From positions 1 to 61,288 of the forward strand of contig CAZWDQ010000003.1 of assembly GCA_964632475.1 (NCBI GenBank): 61,288 bases of DNA. Direction: 5' to 3'. Under the pieces are notes generated by a model. It did no database searches. It was given only the letters and a program-made list of their open reading frames with translations, and had not been told where the DNA came from. Source of the DNA: an uncultured Acidimicrobiaceae bacterium (GTDB lineage Bacteria > Actinomycetota > Acidimicrobiia > Spongiisociales > UBA5794). The position numbers were made by a program, and so were the translations under genes. Shown one piece after another: positions 8,539 through 18,614 of the stretch (position 1 is the stretch's first letter; the number at the start of each line of letters is the position of its first letter).

Positions 8539-9615
8539 TTGGGAGTATTCGAAGCGATCGGTACCGAATCCCATGAGGAAGTGCTTTTTGGCGCAGACCG
8601 CGAGAGTGGACTGCGGACGATCATCGCGATTCACAACACATCCCTCGGTCCCGCCCTCGGCGGGACTCGCTTCTATCCATATGCCGACGAAGAAGCGGCG
8701 CTGCGAGACGTCCTTCGACTCTCCAAGGGAATGACCCTGAAGTCTGCCGCCGCCGGTCTCGACCTCGGCGGGGGCAAGGCCGTGATTATCGGTGACCCAG
8801 CCACGATCCGGAGCGAGCGTCTGATCCGTGCATACGGGCGCGTCGTCGACTCCCTCGGCGGTCGATACGTCACGGCGGCTGATGTCGGGACGACGACCGA
8901 CGATATGGTGCTGATTGCCATAGAGACCCCTTGGGTCTCAGGCCTCCCCTTCTCAGAGGGTGGATCGGGCGACCCATCCCCCGCCACCGCACGCGGGGTC
9001 ATGGCCTCGTTCCGCGCGATCGGAGAGCGCCTCTGGGGATCGGCTGACCTTGCGGGCCGCCGCATCGCAATTCAGGGTGTCGGGAAGGTCGGAATGGACC
9101 TCGCGCGACGTCTCACTGAGGTCGGCGCAGAGACGGTTGTCACCGATGCCAACGCTGACTCGATGACGCATGCCGTTGAAACCTACGGATCGACGGAGGT
9201 CTCGGTCGACGAAATCTACGACGTCGCGTGCGACATCTTCTCCCCGTGCGCCCTCGGCGCCACACTCAACGAAGCGACAATCCCTCGCCTGCGTTGTCTC
9301 GCAATTGCCGGCTGCGCCAACAACCAGCTTGCGTTTGACAGCGACATCAAGCGGATCGTCGAGCGAGGCATCCTCTATGCCCCGGACTTCGTCGTGAACG
9401 CGGGCGGCGTGATCAACATCGCGGCTGAGACCGGCGGTTACTCGGCAGAACGCGCCGGAGCCATGGTTGATCGGATCCACGACAACCTCATTGCCGTGTT
9501 CAAGACAGCCGAGAGCGACGGTGTCAACACGCATGACGCTGCCGTGAGGTTCGCTCAGCGAAGGATCGATCAGGTCGGAGATCTCCGTTACAGGAAGCCG
9601 CGAAGCGAGAAGTGA
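8539..9615 (+). CDS. Leu/Val (Glu/Leu/Phe/Val family) dehydrogenase
   Basis: TTG start preceded by GGAAGGAG. LGPALGGTRFYPY and KGMTLKSAAAGLDLGGGKAVI are hallmark motifs of leucine/valine dehydrogenases. Confidence 0.9.
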   Translation: MGVFEAIGTESHEEVLFGADRESGLRTIIAIHNTSLGPALGGTRFYPYADEEAALRDVLRLSKGMTLKSAAAGLDLGGGKAVIIGDPATIRSERLIRAYGRVVDSLGGRYVTAADVGTTTDDMVLIAIETPWVSGLPFSEGGSGDPSPATARGVMASFRAIGERLWGSADLAGRRIAIQGVGKVGMDLARRLTEVGAETVVTDANADSMTHAVETYGSTEVSVDEIYDVACDIFSPCALGATLNEATIPRLRCLAIAGCANNQLAFDSDIKRIVERGILYAPDFVVNAGGVINIAAETGGYSAERAGAMVDRIHDNLIAVFKTAESDGVNTHDAAVRFAQRRIDQVGDLRYRKPRSEK

Positions 9616-9625
9616 GAGGAGCGTC

Positions 9626-11656
9626 GTGACCACAGGATTCGACAGCCGGATCGACCACTTCGGCCTTGGACTGACGAAAGAGGACCTCGTCGATCTCTAC
9701 CGCAAGATGCTCATCTCGCGGCGCCTCGACGAGAAGATCTGGGCCCTGAACCGGCAAGGTCGTATCCCGTTCGTCGTTTCTGTGTCGGGTCACGAGGCCA
9801 CGCAGATCGGTATCGCCGCCGCCCTCGATCCGGAGCGCGATTGGTCATTGCCGTACTACCGCGATATCGCCTTCAACATCGGTCTGGGAGTGTCGGCCGA
9901 AGACATCTTCCTCGGCCAATTCGCCAAGGCGGCCGATCCCACATCAGGCGGCCGGCAGATGCCGAACCACTGGTCCGAGCCGGACCTGAATCTCTTCACC
10001 CATTCGTCCGTGATCGCGACGCAGTATCCCCATGCGGTCGGCATCGCGTACGAACTCAAACGACGCGGTTCTGACGGAGTCGTCTACGTCTCGGGCGGAG
10101 AAGGCTCGACGTCTGAGGGCGATTGGCACGAAGCCATGAACTTCGCCGGGATTCACAAACTTCCTGTGATCTTCGTCATCCAGAACAACCTCTACGCGAT
10201 CTCCGTGCCGGCTGCGGAAGAGGTCGCTGGCCAGGTCGCAGATCGTGCTGAGGGATACGGGATGGAGGGAGTCGTCGTCGACGGCAACAGCGTTCTCGCC
10301 ATGTACGCAGCGTCGACCGAGGCCGTGGCCCGGGCCAGAGCAGGGGAAGGTCCGACGCTGATCGAGGCGAAGACCTACCGGTACTACGCCCACACATCCG
10401 ATGATGACGACAAGCTCTATCGGACGCGAGAAGAGGTCGAACTGTGGCGGAGGAAAGACCCTATCCCACAGTTCCACCAGTACCTCGTCGAACAGCGCGC
10501 CCTCGATGCCACGGCGGAAGAGCGCCTCGAGGCTGAGGTCACGGACCTCATCAGCAGGGCGGCAGCAACAGCAGAGAGTGCCCCTGATCCGACCGACGCG
10601 ACCAGTCATGTCTACGCGAACCCGATCGTTCCCTCTATCGCCGTCGAGACGATGGCGCCTGCGACCACCGGTGAGGAGATCAATCTCATTACGTCCGTCA
10701 ACCGGACGCTGCACTATGCGATGGGGCGCGATCCGCAGACCGTCATCTTCGGTGAGGACGTGGCTGATCCGAAGGGTGGGGTCTTCAAGGCAACGGCCGG
10801 ACTCACTGATGCGTACGGGTCCGAGCGTTCGTTCAACGCTCCTTTGGCGGAGTCGGTGATCATCGGCCTCGGAGTGGGAATCGCAGCCACTGGGACGAAG
10901 ACGATCGCCGAGATCCAATTCGCCGACTTCATCCACCCTGCTTTCGATCAGATCCTCTCCGAAGTTGCCCGGATCCACTACCGGACGAACGGTCGCTGGG
11001 GCTGCCCGATGGTGATCCGCACGCCGTACGGGGGCGGAATCCACGGAGCTCTCTACCACTCGCAGTCGATCGAGGCTTTCTATGCCCACGTACCGGGCCT
11101 CAAGATCGTCACACCTTCAACCCCGGCCGATGCCAAGGGGCTGCTCCTCTCGGCGATCGACGATCCCGATCCGGTGATGTTCCTCGAGCCGAAGAAGCTC
11201 TACCGCCTCGCCGTCGGGCCGGTACCGGAAGGCGACCATCGCGTCCCGATCGGTCAAGCTGCGCTGCGACGGATGGGTGACGATCTGACGATCATCTCCT
11301 ACGGATCGATGGCCCACTTCTCGGTTGAGGCCGCCGACCGCCTCGCTGCAGAGGGCATCGACGCGACCGTCATCGATCTTCGCTCGCTGAAACCGCTCGA
11401 CTGGCCAACGATCGAAGCAGCGGTCAAGCGAACGAGCAAGGTGCTGATCGTTTACGAAGACAACGAGTTCCTCGGATACGGCGCAGAGGTGTCCGCACAG
11501 ATCTCGGAACGTGCCTTCGACTGGCTCGATGCACCGGTCCGCCGGTATGCATCGCCGGAAGTCCCGACGTTCCCATATGCCGCCACGCTCGAGGAGCAGA
11601 TCATCCCCAATGTCGACGGCATAGTGGAGAGAGCCCGGGCCTTGGCTCGCTACTGA
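9626..11656 (+). CDS. 2-oxoacid (branched-chain type) dehydrogenase E1 component, fused alpha-beta subunits
   Basis: 676 aa. The N-terminal half carries the TPP-binding E1-alpha motifs (YVSGGEGSTSEGDWHEAMNFA..VIFVIQNNLYAIS). The C-terminal half is E1-beta (VIFGEDVADPKGGVFKAT..NAPLAESVIIG..RTPYGGG). Confidence 0.9.
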   Translation: MTTGFDSRIDHFGLGLTKEDLVDLYRKMLISRRLDEKIWALNRQGRIPFVVSVSGHEATQIGIAAALDPERDWSLPYYRDIAFNIGLGVSAEDIFLGQFAKAADPTSGGRQMPNHWSEPDLNLFTHSSVIATQYPHAVGIAYELKRRGSDGVVYVSGGEGSTSEGDWHEAMNFAGIHKLPVIFVIQNNLYAISVPAAEEVAGQVADRAEGYGMEGVVVDGNSVLAMYAASTEAVARARAGEGPTLIEAKTYRYYAHTSDDDDKLYRTREEVELWRRKDPIPQFHQYLVEQRALDATAEERLEAEVTDLISRAAATAESAPDPTDATSHVYANPIVPSIAVETMAPATTGEEINLITSVNRTLHYAMGRDPQTVIFGEDVADPKGGVFKATAGLTDAYGSERSFNAPLAESVIIGLGVGIAATGTKTIAEIQFADFIHPAFDQILSEVARIHYRTNGRWGCPMVIRTPYGGGIHGALYHSQSIEAFYAHVPGLKIVTPSTPADAKGLLLSAIDDPDPVMFLEPKKLYRLAVGPVPEGDHRVPIGQAALRRMGDDLTIISYGSMAHFSVEAADRLAAEGIDATVIDLRSLKPLDWPTIEAAVKRTSKVLIVYEDNEFLGYGAEVSAQISERAFDWLDAPVRRYASPEVPTFPYAATLEEQIIPNVDGIVERARALARY

Positions 11657-11744
11657 GCAGCCCGAGGTGGGAGGCTGAGGATCACTCCAATCCTGAGTCT
11701 GGCTGTGGCTGTTCGCTGCCTGCTCTCCGTCGTAGAGTGGTGAC

Positions 11745-12623
11745 ATGGACTCCGCAGTTTCTGTCCGACCGGCGCTCCCTTCCGACCGGGAGGCGATCGT
11801 CGAGTTCACCCACGACACCTTCGAGTGGGGTGACTACATCGCCGACGAGTTCGACGGATGGCTGGATCGTTCCGACATGCTCGTTGTCGTCGCTGTCGGC
11901 GACGATGAACGTCCCATCGCACTAGCTGCAGCCAGGATGCTCTCGCCGTCGGAGGCGTGGTTCCATGCCGCCCGAGTCCACCCGAGTCATCGAGGCCGTG
12001 GAATCGCAGCCGAGGTGTCGGTTGCGCTGCGCGCCTGGGCTTGTGAGCAGGGGGCCGCCGTCGGCCGTCTCCTGGTCGAAGACTGGAACGAGGCATCGAT
12101 CCGGCACGTCGAGAAGACCGGTCGCAGACGGGTCGCCTCGATGGTGCGTTGCTCGAAGTCTGTCGGCGATGCATCTCCATCCCCGGACGGCAACGGAGGA
12201 AGCCGGCTTCCCTCGAGACTTCGTTCCCGTCCGGCACGCGCAGCCGAAGCACAGCCAGCGTTCGCCTCATGGTCGGTAGGAGAGTTGGGTCGGGCATCGC
12301 GTGGCCTCTTCGGCGTGGGATGGTCATTCCGACGCCTCACGATCGAAGACCTGATCGCCGCCGCCCGAGGGAGTGCGTTCTGGGAGATCGGAGCAGGCTG
12401 GGCCCTCGCCTCAGCGGGGCCCGATTCCCGATTCGAGGTCTCCTGGCTCGAGACCCGCAGAGAAGACGCCGATGATCTCCTCCGGTCGCTCATCGATCGA
12501 GCGATTGGGTCCGGATCCGAGTCGATCACCGTCTGGATTCCCAACGTCGACTGGTTAGTGAGAGCAGCCAGACGCCTCGGCTTCGAGACAGCCCTGATGC
12601 ACGTGTATGCGGGAGAGATTTGA
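11745..12623 (+). CDS. GNAT family N-acetyltransferase
   Basis: 292 aa. The acetyl-CoA binding core is VHPSHRGRGIAAEV. Confidence 0.7.
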   Translation: MDSAVSVRPALPSDREAIVEFTHDTFEWGDYIADEFDGWLDRSDMLVVVAVGDDERPIALAAARMLSPSEAWFHAARVHPSHRGRGIAAEVSVALRAWACEQGAAVGRLLVEDWNEASIRHVEKTGRRRVASMVRCSKSVGDASPSPDGNGGSRLPSRLRSRPARAAEAQPAFASWSVGELGRASRGLFGVGWSFRRLTIEDLIAAARGSAFWEIGAGWALASAGPDSRFEVSWLETRREDADDLLRSLIDRAIGSGSESITVWIPNVDWLVRAARRLGFETALMHVYAGEI

Positions 12624-12642
12624 GATGTGAGACAAGAGAAGA
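12615..12642. repeat. GAGA-phased heptamer run (gagattt gagatgt gagacaa gagaaga) across the GNAT stop codon
   Basis: Read directly: 4 units with a 7-nt period. A 10-bp inverted repeat AGACAAGAGA (12630-12639) / TCTCTTGTCT (12670-12679) straddles both convergent stops. Confidence 0.7.
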
Positions 12643-12657
12643 GGGCCACTTCGGGTC

Positions 12658-13884
12658 TCAAGTCTCGTGTCTCTTGTCTATCGCTTCCCAGTACACCTCA
12701 ATCGGGTGCACCACCTTGATGTCGTCATCGAGGTACGCCTTCAATTGCATCTCACAACCTGGGTTTGCAGACGCCACAAGGGACAGACCCGTTGCCTCGA
12801 CTTGATCTGCCTTCAGTCGACCTAGTTCGCCAGACATGTCGGGGTGCGAGAATTGGTAGGCCCCGGCAGCGCCACAGCACATCCCTGCAGAGTCGGTCTC
12901 GATCGGTTCGTACCCGGCGGCTCTGAGGATACTTCTTGGCTCATCGACGATCCCCTGGACGTGACGGAGATGACACGGGTCCTGGATCGCGATCGGCGTC
13001 TTGTCTCCTGAGGCCGTCGGGAGCGAGCCCTCGCCGATCAGCCCAGCTATGAACTCGTTCGCGTCAACGACCCGGTCCGCCAGATCCTCGCCACCGATCG
13101 CCCAATCTCCATAGGCCTTCATGTGGGCGCTGCAACCGGCCGAGTCGACAATGACCACGTCGTAGTCGGCGAATGCTGCGGTGTTCTGCTTCGCCATCTT
13201 GGCCGCGTCGTACGCGGCCCCCTCGTGGGCGGCGAGTGCACCGCAACACGTCTGCTTGGGCGGAGCCACGACCCGGTAGCCGGCGGTACGGAGCACCTGG
13301 ACAACAGCAACGTGAACATCCGAGTACCACTGGTCCATGACGCAACCCGACAGGAAGCCGATCGTTCCTACGGGTTCACCTTCCGGCAGCCATTCGTGAC
13401 CGGCCGTGGCGGGCACGGGCAGCGGGATGCTGCGCAACGCACCGCCCTTCTCCATCGCACCGGGAAGAGCCATCATCAGATGTGTGCGCTGCACTGCACC
13501 AACGAACCATGAGAGCAACACAACCATCGACCGGGATGCGACGGCACGGCCGAAGACCGTTCGTGTTGCGAACGTCTTCCAGTCCGGAAATTGGGCGGTG
13601 ACCTCGGCGCGTGCCCCTTCCATCAGGCGGCCAAACTGCACAAGTGATGGGCACGCCACCTCACAGGCGCGACACTGGAGACATAGATCCATGACCTCGG
13701 AGAACCGCCCGTCCACACCGAAAACGCCGCTGTTGACAGCTCTCATCGCGGCAATGCGCCCCCTCGGCGAGGCCGACTCGTCTCCCGTGACCCGAAACGT
13801 CGGACAAACGGGGAGACAGAGGCCGCAGTCGATGCATGCGCTCAGCTCAGCGGTGGTGGGTGCGAAGTCGGTGACCCAGACCAT
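12658..13884 (-). CDS. glcF: glycolate/D-lactate oxidase Fe-S subunit (two CCG domains)
   Basis: ORF trimmed to M35 (TGATG overlap with the glcE stop at 13884). Motifs CIDCGLCLPVCP and CLQCRACEVACP, plus CCG motifs (QTCCGA, GMCCGAAG). Confidence 0.85.
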   Translation of the reverse strand: MVWVTDFAPTTAELSACIDCGLCLPVCPTFRVTGDESASPRGRIAAMRAVNSGVFGVDGRFSEVMDLCLQCRACEVACPSLVQFGRLMEGARAEVTAQFPDWKTFATRTVFGRAVASRSMVVLLSWFVGAVQRTHLMMALPGAMEKGGALRSIPLPVPATAGHEWLPEGEPVGTIGFLSGCVMDQWYSDVHVAVVQVLRTAGYRVVAPPKQTCCGALAAHEGAAYDAAKMAKQNTAAFADYDVVIVDSAGCSAHMKAYGDWAIGGEDLADRVVDANEFIAGLIGEGSLPTASGDKTPIAIQDPCHLRHVQGIVDEPRSILRAAGYEPIETDSAGMCCGAAGAYQFSHPDMSGELGRLKADQVEATGLSLVASANPGCEMQLKAYLDDDIKVVHPIEVYWEAIDKRHET

Positions 13885-14996
13885 CAGAGCCGCCCCGGAA
13901 GGATGCCGGGATTGCAGATTCCGGACGGATCGAACGCCTGCTTGACGCGCCGCTGAATCTCGATCGACTCCGGCGGTGATCCCCATGGATCGAGCCTCTC
14001 GACTCCAGATGTCACGACGAGTCGTCCGCCGACAGATTCGGCCCAGGCTCGAGCAGATGCGAACGACGCCTCATCGACGTCCTGCACCCCGGTCGAGACC
14101 CGCCCGATTCCGTGTTCGGCGATCCATCGTCTTGCCCCGAGTCTCCTGGAGTGGTCGATCGCTGCTTCGACGAAGCGGGCCGGCACGCGGAACTCCATCT
14201 GGATCGAATCGGTGATCGCCTCAGGCCACGAATGGCCGGGCCGGGACTCCCCGGTAACGTCTCCGGCGACTGCCTCGATCTGCTCGTCGGTGCCCCCGAG
14301 GTAGACGTACGAGCCTTCGGAAGTCTCGAGAACGGCAAGGGGTCGATACGTTCGCATGTATGCAGCAGCAGGATCGTCGACCTCGACGGTCGCACTCGAA
14401 GGCGGGTTGGACCACAGCCTCAATGTCACGGATCCGATCATCCCGAGGCTTCCGAGCGACCCGGTCATCAAACGCGGACTGCCGTAGCCGGTCGACGACT
14501 TCACAACGGGACTGCCGCCCGTCACAACCTTGCCGTATCCAGTGGCCACCTCTACCCGGAGGACCCGGTCGCGCGTCGGCCCGTAGCGAAGCCGACGGTA
14601 CCCGGAGACGCCGACGGCGATAGCGCCGCCGACCGTGGCTCCGTTCGCCCATTCCGGTAGCACGGCCGTCTGATCTCGCGACGCAAGTTCGGCTTCGAGC
14701 AGCTCAATGGCGACACCCGCTTCGACGACCACGGTGAGATCGTCGGGCTGCCAGTCGGTGATCTTGTTGAGACGGGTCGATGTCACCACCAGATCGGCAT
14801 CCACCGGATACCCGTAACCCAGATGGATTCCAGAGCCGAGGAACCTCGTGGAGATCCCTGCCTCGGATGCGGCCGCAAGGACCGCCGCCGCTTCTTCGGT
14901 CGATGACGGTGCGACAACGTGTTCGGCATCCAGAGCAAGTGTTTCATCGCGGAGCCGATCGAAGAGACGGAGCGTCGTGGCACGCAGCGTCGTCAT
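13884..14996 (-). CDS. glcE: glycolate oxidase FAD-binding subunit
   Basis: ORF 13884..15125 trimmed to the ATG at 14996 (ATGA overlap with the glcD stop). FAD_binding_4-like N-terminus; sits between glcD and glcF. Confidence 0.8.
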   Translation of the reverse strand: MTTLRATTLRLFDRLRDETLALDAEHVVAPSSTEEAAAVLAAASEAGISTRFLGSGIHLGYGYPVDADLVVTSTRLNKITDWQPDDLTVVVEAGVAIELLEAELASRDQTAVLPEWANGATVGGAIAVGVSGYRRLRYGPTRDRVLRVEVATGYGKVVTGGSPVVKSSTGYGSPRLMTGSLGSLGMIGSVTLRLWSNPPSSATVEVDDPAAAYMRTYRPLAVLETSEGSYVYLGGTDEQIEAVAGDVTGESRPGHSWPEAITDSIQMEFRVPARFVEAAIDHSRRLGARRWIAEHGIGRVSTGVQDVDEASFASARAWAESVGGRLVVTSGVERLDPWGSPPESIEIQRRVKQAFDPSGICNPGILPGRL

Positions 14997-16390
14997 CGTG
15001 CCGGCCGATCGAAGCATCGCGAACCCTCGGGGAGGACCTTGCCAGGATTGAGGAGGCCGTTCGGATCGAATGCCTCCCGGATCCTCGCCTGGGCATCGAG
15101 GTCGTCTGCGCTGAACACTTTCCACATGAGATCCCGTTTCTCGATGCCGATCCCATGCTCACCGCTCAGCGTCCCTCCCGCTGCGATTGCGACCTGAACC
15201 ATCTCGTGGGAGGCTTCGATGACCTTGTCGGTCATGCCCGGCTCGGACGCGTCGTATGAGACCAGCGGGTGGAAATTCCCATCCCCGGCGTGGAACACAT
15301 TGAGGAACCGAAGGCCGTGCCGGTCAGCGATGGCGTAGATCTCGTCGAGGACCTCGACGAAGCGCGTCCGCGGCACGACCGTGTCGTTGAGGTAGTAATC
15401 GGGGGCTGCCTGCGCAACGGCTCCGAACGCCGACTTGCGTCCCTTCCAGAGCAACGCGCGTTCGTCTTCGTCCGAGGCAGTGCGGATATCAGTAGCTGCA
15501 TTGGCCCGGGCGATCTCACGGACAAGTGCGGCCTCGGCGGCGATGCCGTCCGGGTGCCCGGCGATCTCGGCCAGCAGCACCGCCCCTGCTCCCACCGGAA
15601 GACCTGCGTGGATGAAGTTCTCAACCGCCTCGATCATTGGACCGTCCATCATCTCGAGAGCCGCGGGAACGAGACCGCCGCTGATGATGTCCGACACCGT
15701 TTTCGCGGCGTCAACGATCTCGGCGAACGAGATGAGCATGGTCACCGTGTCGGGAGGGTTCTGTGTGAGCCGGACCAGGACCTTCGTGACGATCCCGAGG
15801 GTTCCCTCCGAACCGACGATCAGCCCGCGCAAGTCATATCCGGGAAGGTCGGGCGACTCGCCCCCGAGGATCACGATGTCGCCGTCGGCGGTGACGATCT
15901 CAACGCCGAGAATGTGGGCGATCGTGGACCCTTCAGCGAGGCAGTGAGGGCCACCGGCGTTCGTCCCGACGTTCCCGCCGATCGTCGACGATTGTTGGGA
16001 TGCCGGATCGGGGGCGAAGTGGAGGCCTCGGTCGGCGAGCGCGTCCGATAGGTCGAGGTTGATCAGGCCTGGCCCGACCCACGCCGTCCGGCCGATCTCG
16101 TCGACCTCGAGGATCTCGTTCATCCGGGTGAGCACTACCAGGACCGATCCTGGAGCCGGTACTGCCCCGCCTGCCAGGCCGGTGCCGGCACCACGTGCAA
16201 CGACCGGCATTCCTGCACCGGCAGAGATCCGCATGACCGCTGCAACTTCGACGGTGGTCTCCGGGAGCACGACGATCGCCGGGTCACCGGAGCTCACGCC
16301 GGAGTCCTTGGCGTAGATCAGTCTGTCGATCGGATGGGTGTGCACCCTGGCCGCTCCGAGAAGTTCGGTCAGTTGAGCGGCCACGTCCAT
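14993..16390 (-). CDS. glcD: FAD-linked oxidase (glycolate/D-lactate oxidase subunit D)
   Basis: Motifs VARGAGTGLAGGAVP and GTLSGEHGIG. The start is ambiguous: ATG at 16390 or TTG at 16423. Confidence 0.9.
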   Translation of the reverse strand: MDVAAQLTELLGAARVHTHPIDRLIYAKDSGVSSGDPAIVVLPETTVEVAAVMRISAGAGMPVVARGAGTGLAGGAVPAPGSVLVVLTRMNEILEVDEIGRTAWVGPGLINLDLSDALADRGLHFAPDPASQQSSTIGGNVGTNAGGPHCLAEGSTIAHILGVEIVTADGDIVILGGESPDLPGYDLRGLIVGSEGTLGIVTKVLVRLTQNPPDTVTMLISFAEIVDAAKTVSDIISGGLVPAALEMMDGPMIEAVENFIHAGLPVGAGAVLLAEIAGHPDGIAAEAALVREIARANAATDIRTASDEDERALLWKGRKSAFGAVAQAAPDYYLNDTVVPRTRFVEVLDEIYAIADRHGLRFLNVFHAGDGNFHPLVSYDASEPGMTDKVIEASHEMVQVAIAAGGTLSGEHGIGIEKRDLMWKVFSADDLDAQARIREAFDPNGLLNPGKVLPEGSRCFDRPAR

Positions 16391-16464
16391 GTGGACAGCG
16401 TAGTGAATCGTTCCTGACGACAACCCATCAGGGATGCTGGAGGCATCGCTTGTGATGCCTATCG

Positions 16465-17217
16465 TTGGTCACCGTGAGCACTCCCTCGGCGGCGACACAA
16501 CTCTTCGTCACCTGCATCGTCGACGCCTTCTATCCGCAGGTCGGGCGGGCGGCGGTCGACGTGCTTGAGCAGCAGGGAGTCACGGTCGAGTTCCCCGAGG
16601 AACAGACCTGCTGCGGCCAACCGGCGTACAACGCGGGCCACCGTGACGAAGCAAGAGCGATGGCGGCACACACCGTCGCGGTGCTCGACGCAACAGATGG
16701 AGCGATCGTCGTGCCATCCGGATCGTGTGCAGCGATGATCATCGACCACTACGAGGACGTGCTCGGAGATGATGAGGATCAGGCCGCCGCTGCACGCCGT
16801 GTGGCATCCCGGGTTCGGGAGTTCACCCAGTTCGTCGTCGATGACATAGGCCTCGATGAACTCACGTCGTCTGAGTCGGGCCCGGTCACATTCCATCCAT
16901 CCTGTCATGGTCTGCGGCATCTCGGTCTCGGTGGGTACGGCGAGCGGGTTCTCGATCAGGTCGGCGTCGAGCGCAAGCCGCTTGAGGCGGCCGAGGAGTG
17001 CTGCGGCTTCGGTGGCCTCTTCTCCGTCGAGATGCCGGAGATCTCAGGTGCGCTCATGGACACGAAGATCGACCATGTCGAAGCGACGGAAGCCGAGACG
17101 CTTGTCGGCTACGACATGTCCTGTCTCATGCATCTCGCCGGAGGGATGCGGAGGCGGGGGACGCCGGTCGAGGTGCGTCACATCGCTGAGATCCTTTCCG
17201 GCGGGGAGGACTCGTGA
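16465..17217 (+). CDS. lutA: lactate utilization protein A ((Fe-S)-binding CCG-domain oxidoreductase)
   Basis: CCG motifs QTCCGQP and ECCGFGG. First gene of a lutABC-order operon. An alternative GTG start lies at 16474. Confidence 0.85.
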   Translation: MVTVSTPSAATQLFVTCIVDAFYPQVGRAAVDVLEQQGVTVEFPEEQTCCGQPAYNAGHRDEARAMAAHTVAVLDATDGAIVVPSGSCAAMIIDHYEDVLGDDEDQAAAARRVASRVREFTQFVVDDIGLDELTSSESGPVTFHPSCHGLRHLGLGGYGERVLDQVGVERKPLEAAEECCGFGGLFSVEMPEISGALMDTKIDHVEATEAETLVGYDMSCLMHLAGGMRRRGTPVEVRHIAEILSGGEDS

Positions 17218-18614
17218 GCGCGGGACCATCCACGTTCGCCGAGCGCGGGGCGGCCGAGGTCGGTTCCGACAAGGCGAAGGCGGTCGGGGATGGGGCCCGT
17301 CACCTCATCGAGAAGCGTGCAGTGGCGGTCGAGGCCTATCCGGCGATGGATGCCATGCGGGATCGTGCCCGCGAGATCCGCCTCCACACGCTCGCCAACC
17401 TCGACATGTATCTCGCCCGGTTCGCAGACGCTGTTGAGGCGCTCGGTGGACACGTCTTCTTCGCGGCAAACGCCACAGAGGCGAACGACTACATCCGAGG
17501 TGTTGCCGAAGCCGCCGACGCTGCTCGGATCGCCAAGGTCAAGTCGATGGTGACCGAGGAGATCGAACTCAACGCTGCACTCGAGGCCGACGGGCGAGTG
17601 GTCGTCGAGAGCGACCTGGGTGAGTTCATCGTCCAACTCGCCGATGATCGCCCATCCCACATCGTCGCTCCGGTCCTGCACTGGACGAGGCAAGGAGTCG
17701 GACGTCTGTTCTCCGACGAACTCGGCGTTCCATACACCGATGAGCCGACCGAACTCAACCAGATCGCCCGCAAACACCTACGCCGGATCTTTCTCGAGGC
17801 GGACATGGGTATCTCCGGCGTCAACTTCGCAGCGGCCTCAACCGGCACGATCGCCATCGTCACAAACGAGGGCAACGGCCGACTGACCACGACTGCGCCA
17901 CGCGTCCACGTCGCGGTGATGGGAATGGAGCGGGTCGTGCCGACGCTGGAGGACGCTGGCGTCATGCTCGAGGTCCTCGGCCGATCGGCCACCGGACAGT
18001 CGCTGACCACCTACACGAATCTCATCACCGGCCCTCGCAGACTGGACGATCCCGACGGTCCGGACGAACTCCATGTTGTCATCGTCGACAACGGCCGATC
18101 GACCGTCCTCGACGACGACGTGTCAGAGGTGCTTGCCTGCATCCGGTGCGGCGCCTGTCTGAACGTCTGCCCCGTCTATCGGGCAGTCGGTGGCCATGCC
18201 TACGGCGATATCTACCCGGGTCCGATTGGTGCAGTTCTGTCACCGGTCCTCTTCGGGTTCGAGGGGAGGGAGCAACTCCCGTACGCCTGCACGTTGTGCG
18301 GCGCGTGTCTTGAGGTCTGCCCTCCTCGCATCGACCTGCCCCGGTTGCTCGTGAATCTGCGCGAGCGAGTGGCGGCCAACGGTGATGCCTTCCCGTGGCT
18401 CGGACCGGCCCTCAAGGCGTACGAGTTCTCGGCGACACGTCCGGTGATATGGCGCGGCGCGATCGGAGGAGCATCGCTGGCCGGCACGTCGAAGCGGGGC
18501 GGCTGGTTCACTCGTCTCCCGGGACCGGGAAGTGCATGGACCGCGGTTCGGGATCTGCCGGTACCTTCGCGGCAGTCGTTCCGTCGCTGGTGGAAGAAGC
18601 ACCATGGAGCGTGA
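17214..18614 (+). CDS. lutB: lactate utilization protein B (4Fe-4S, LUD domain)
   Basis: GTGA overlap with the lutA stop. Motifs CIRCGACLNVCP and CTLCGACLEVCP. Confidence 0.9.
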   Translation: MSAGPSTFAERGAAEVGSDKAKAVGDGARHLIEKRAVAVEAYPAMDAMRDRAREIRLHTLANLDMYLARFADAVEALGGHVFFAANATEANDYIRGVAEAADAARIAKVKSMVTEEIELNAALEADGRVVVESDLGEFIVQLADDRPSHIVAPVLHWTRQGVGRLFSDELGVPYTDEPTELNQIARKHLRRIFLEADMGISGVNFAAASTGTIAIVTNEGNGRLTTTAPRVHVAVMGMERVVPTLEDAGVMLEVLGRSATGQSLTTYTNLITGPRRLDDPDGPDELHVVIVDNGRSTVLDDDVSEVLACIRCGACLNVCPVYRAVGGHAYGDIYPGPIGAVLSPVLFGFEGREQLPYACTLCGACLEVCPPRIDLPRLLVNLRERVAANGDAFPWLGPALKAYEFSATRPVIWRGAIGGASLAGTSKRGGWFTRLPGPGSAWTAVRDLPVPSRQSFRRWWKKHHGA

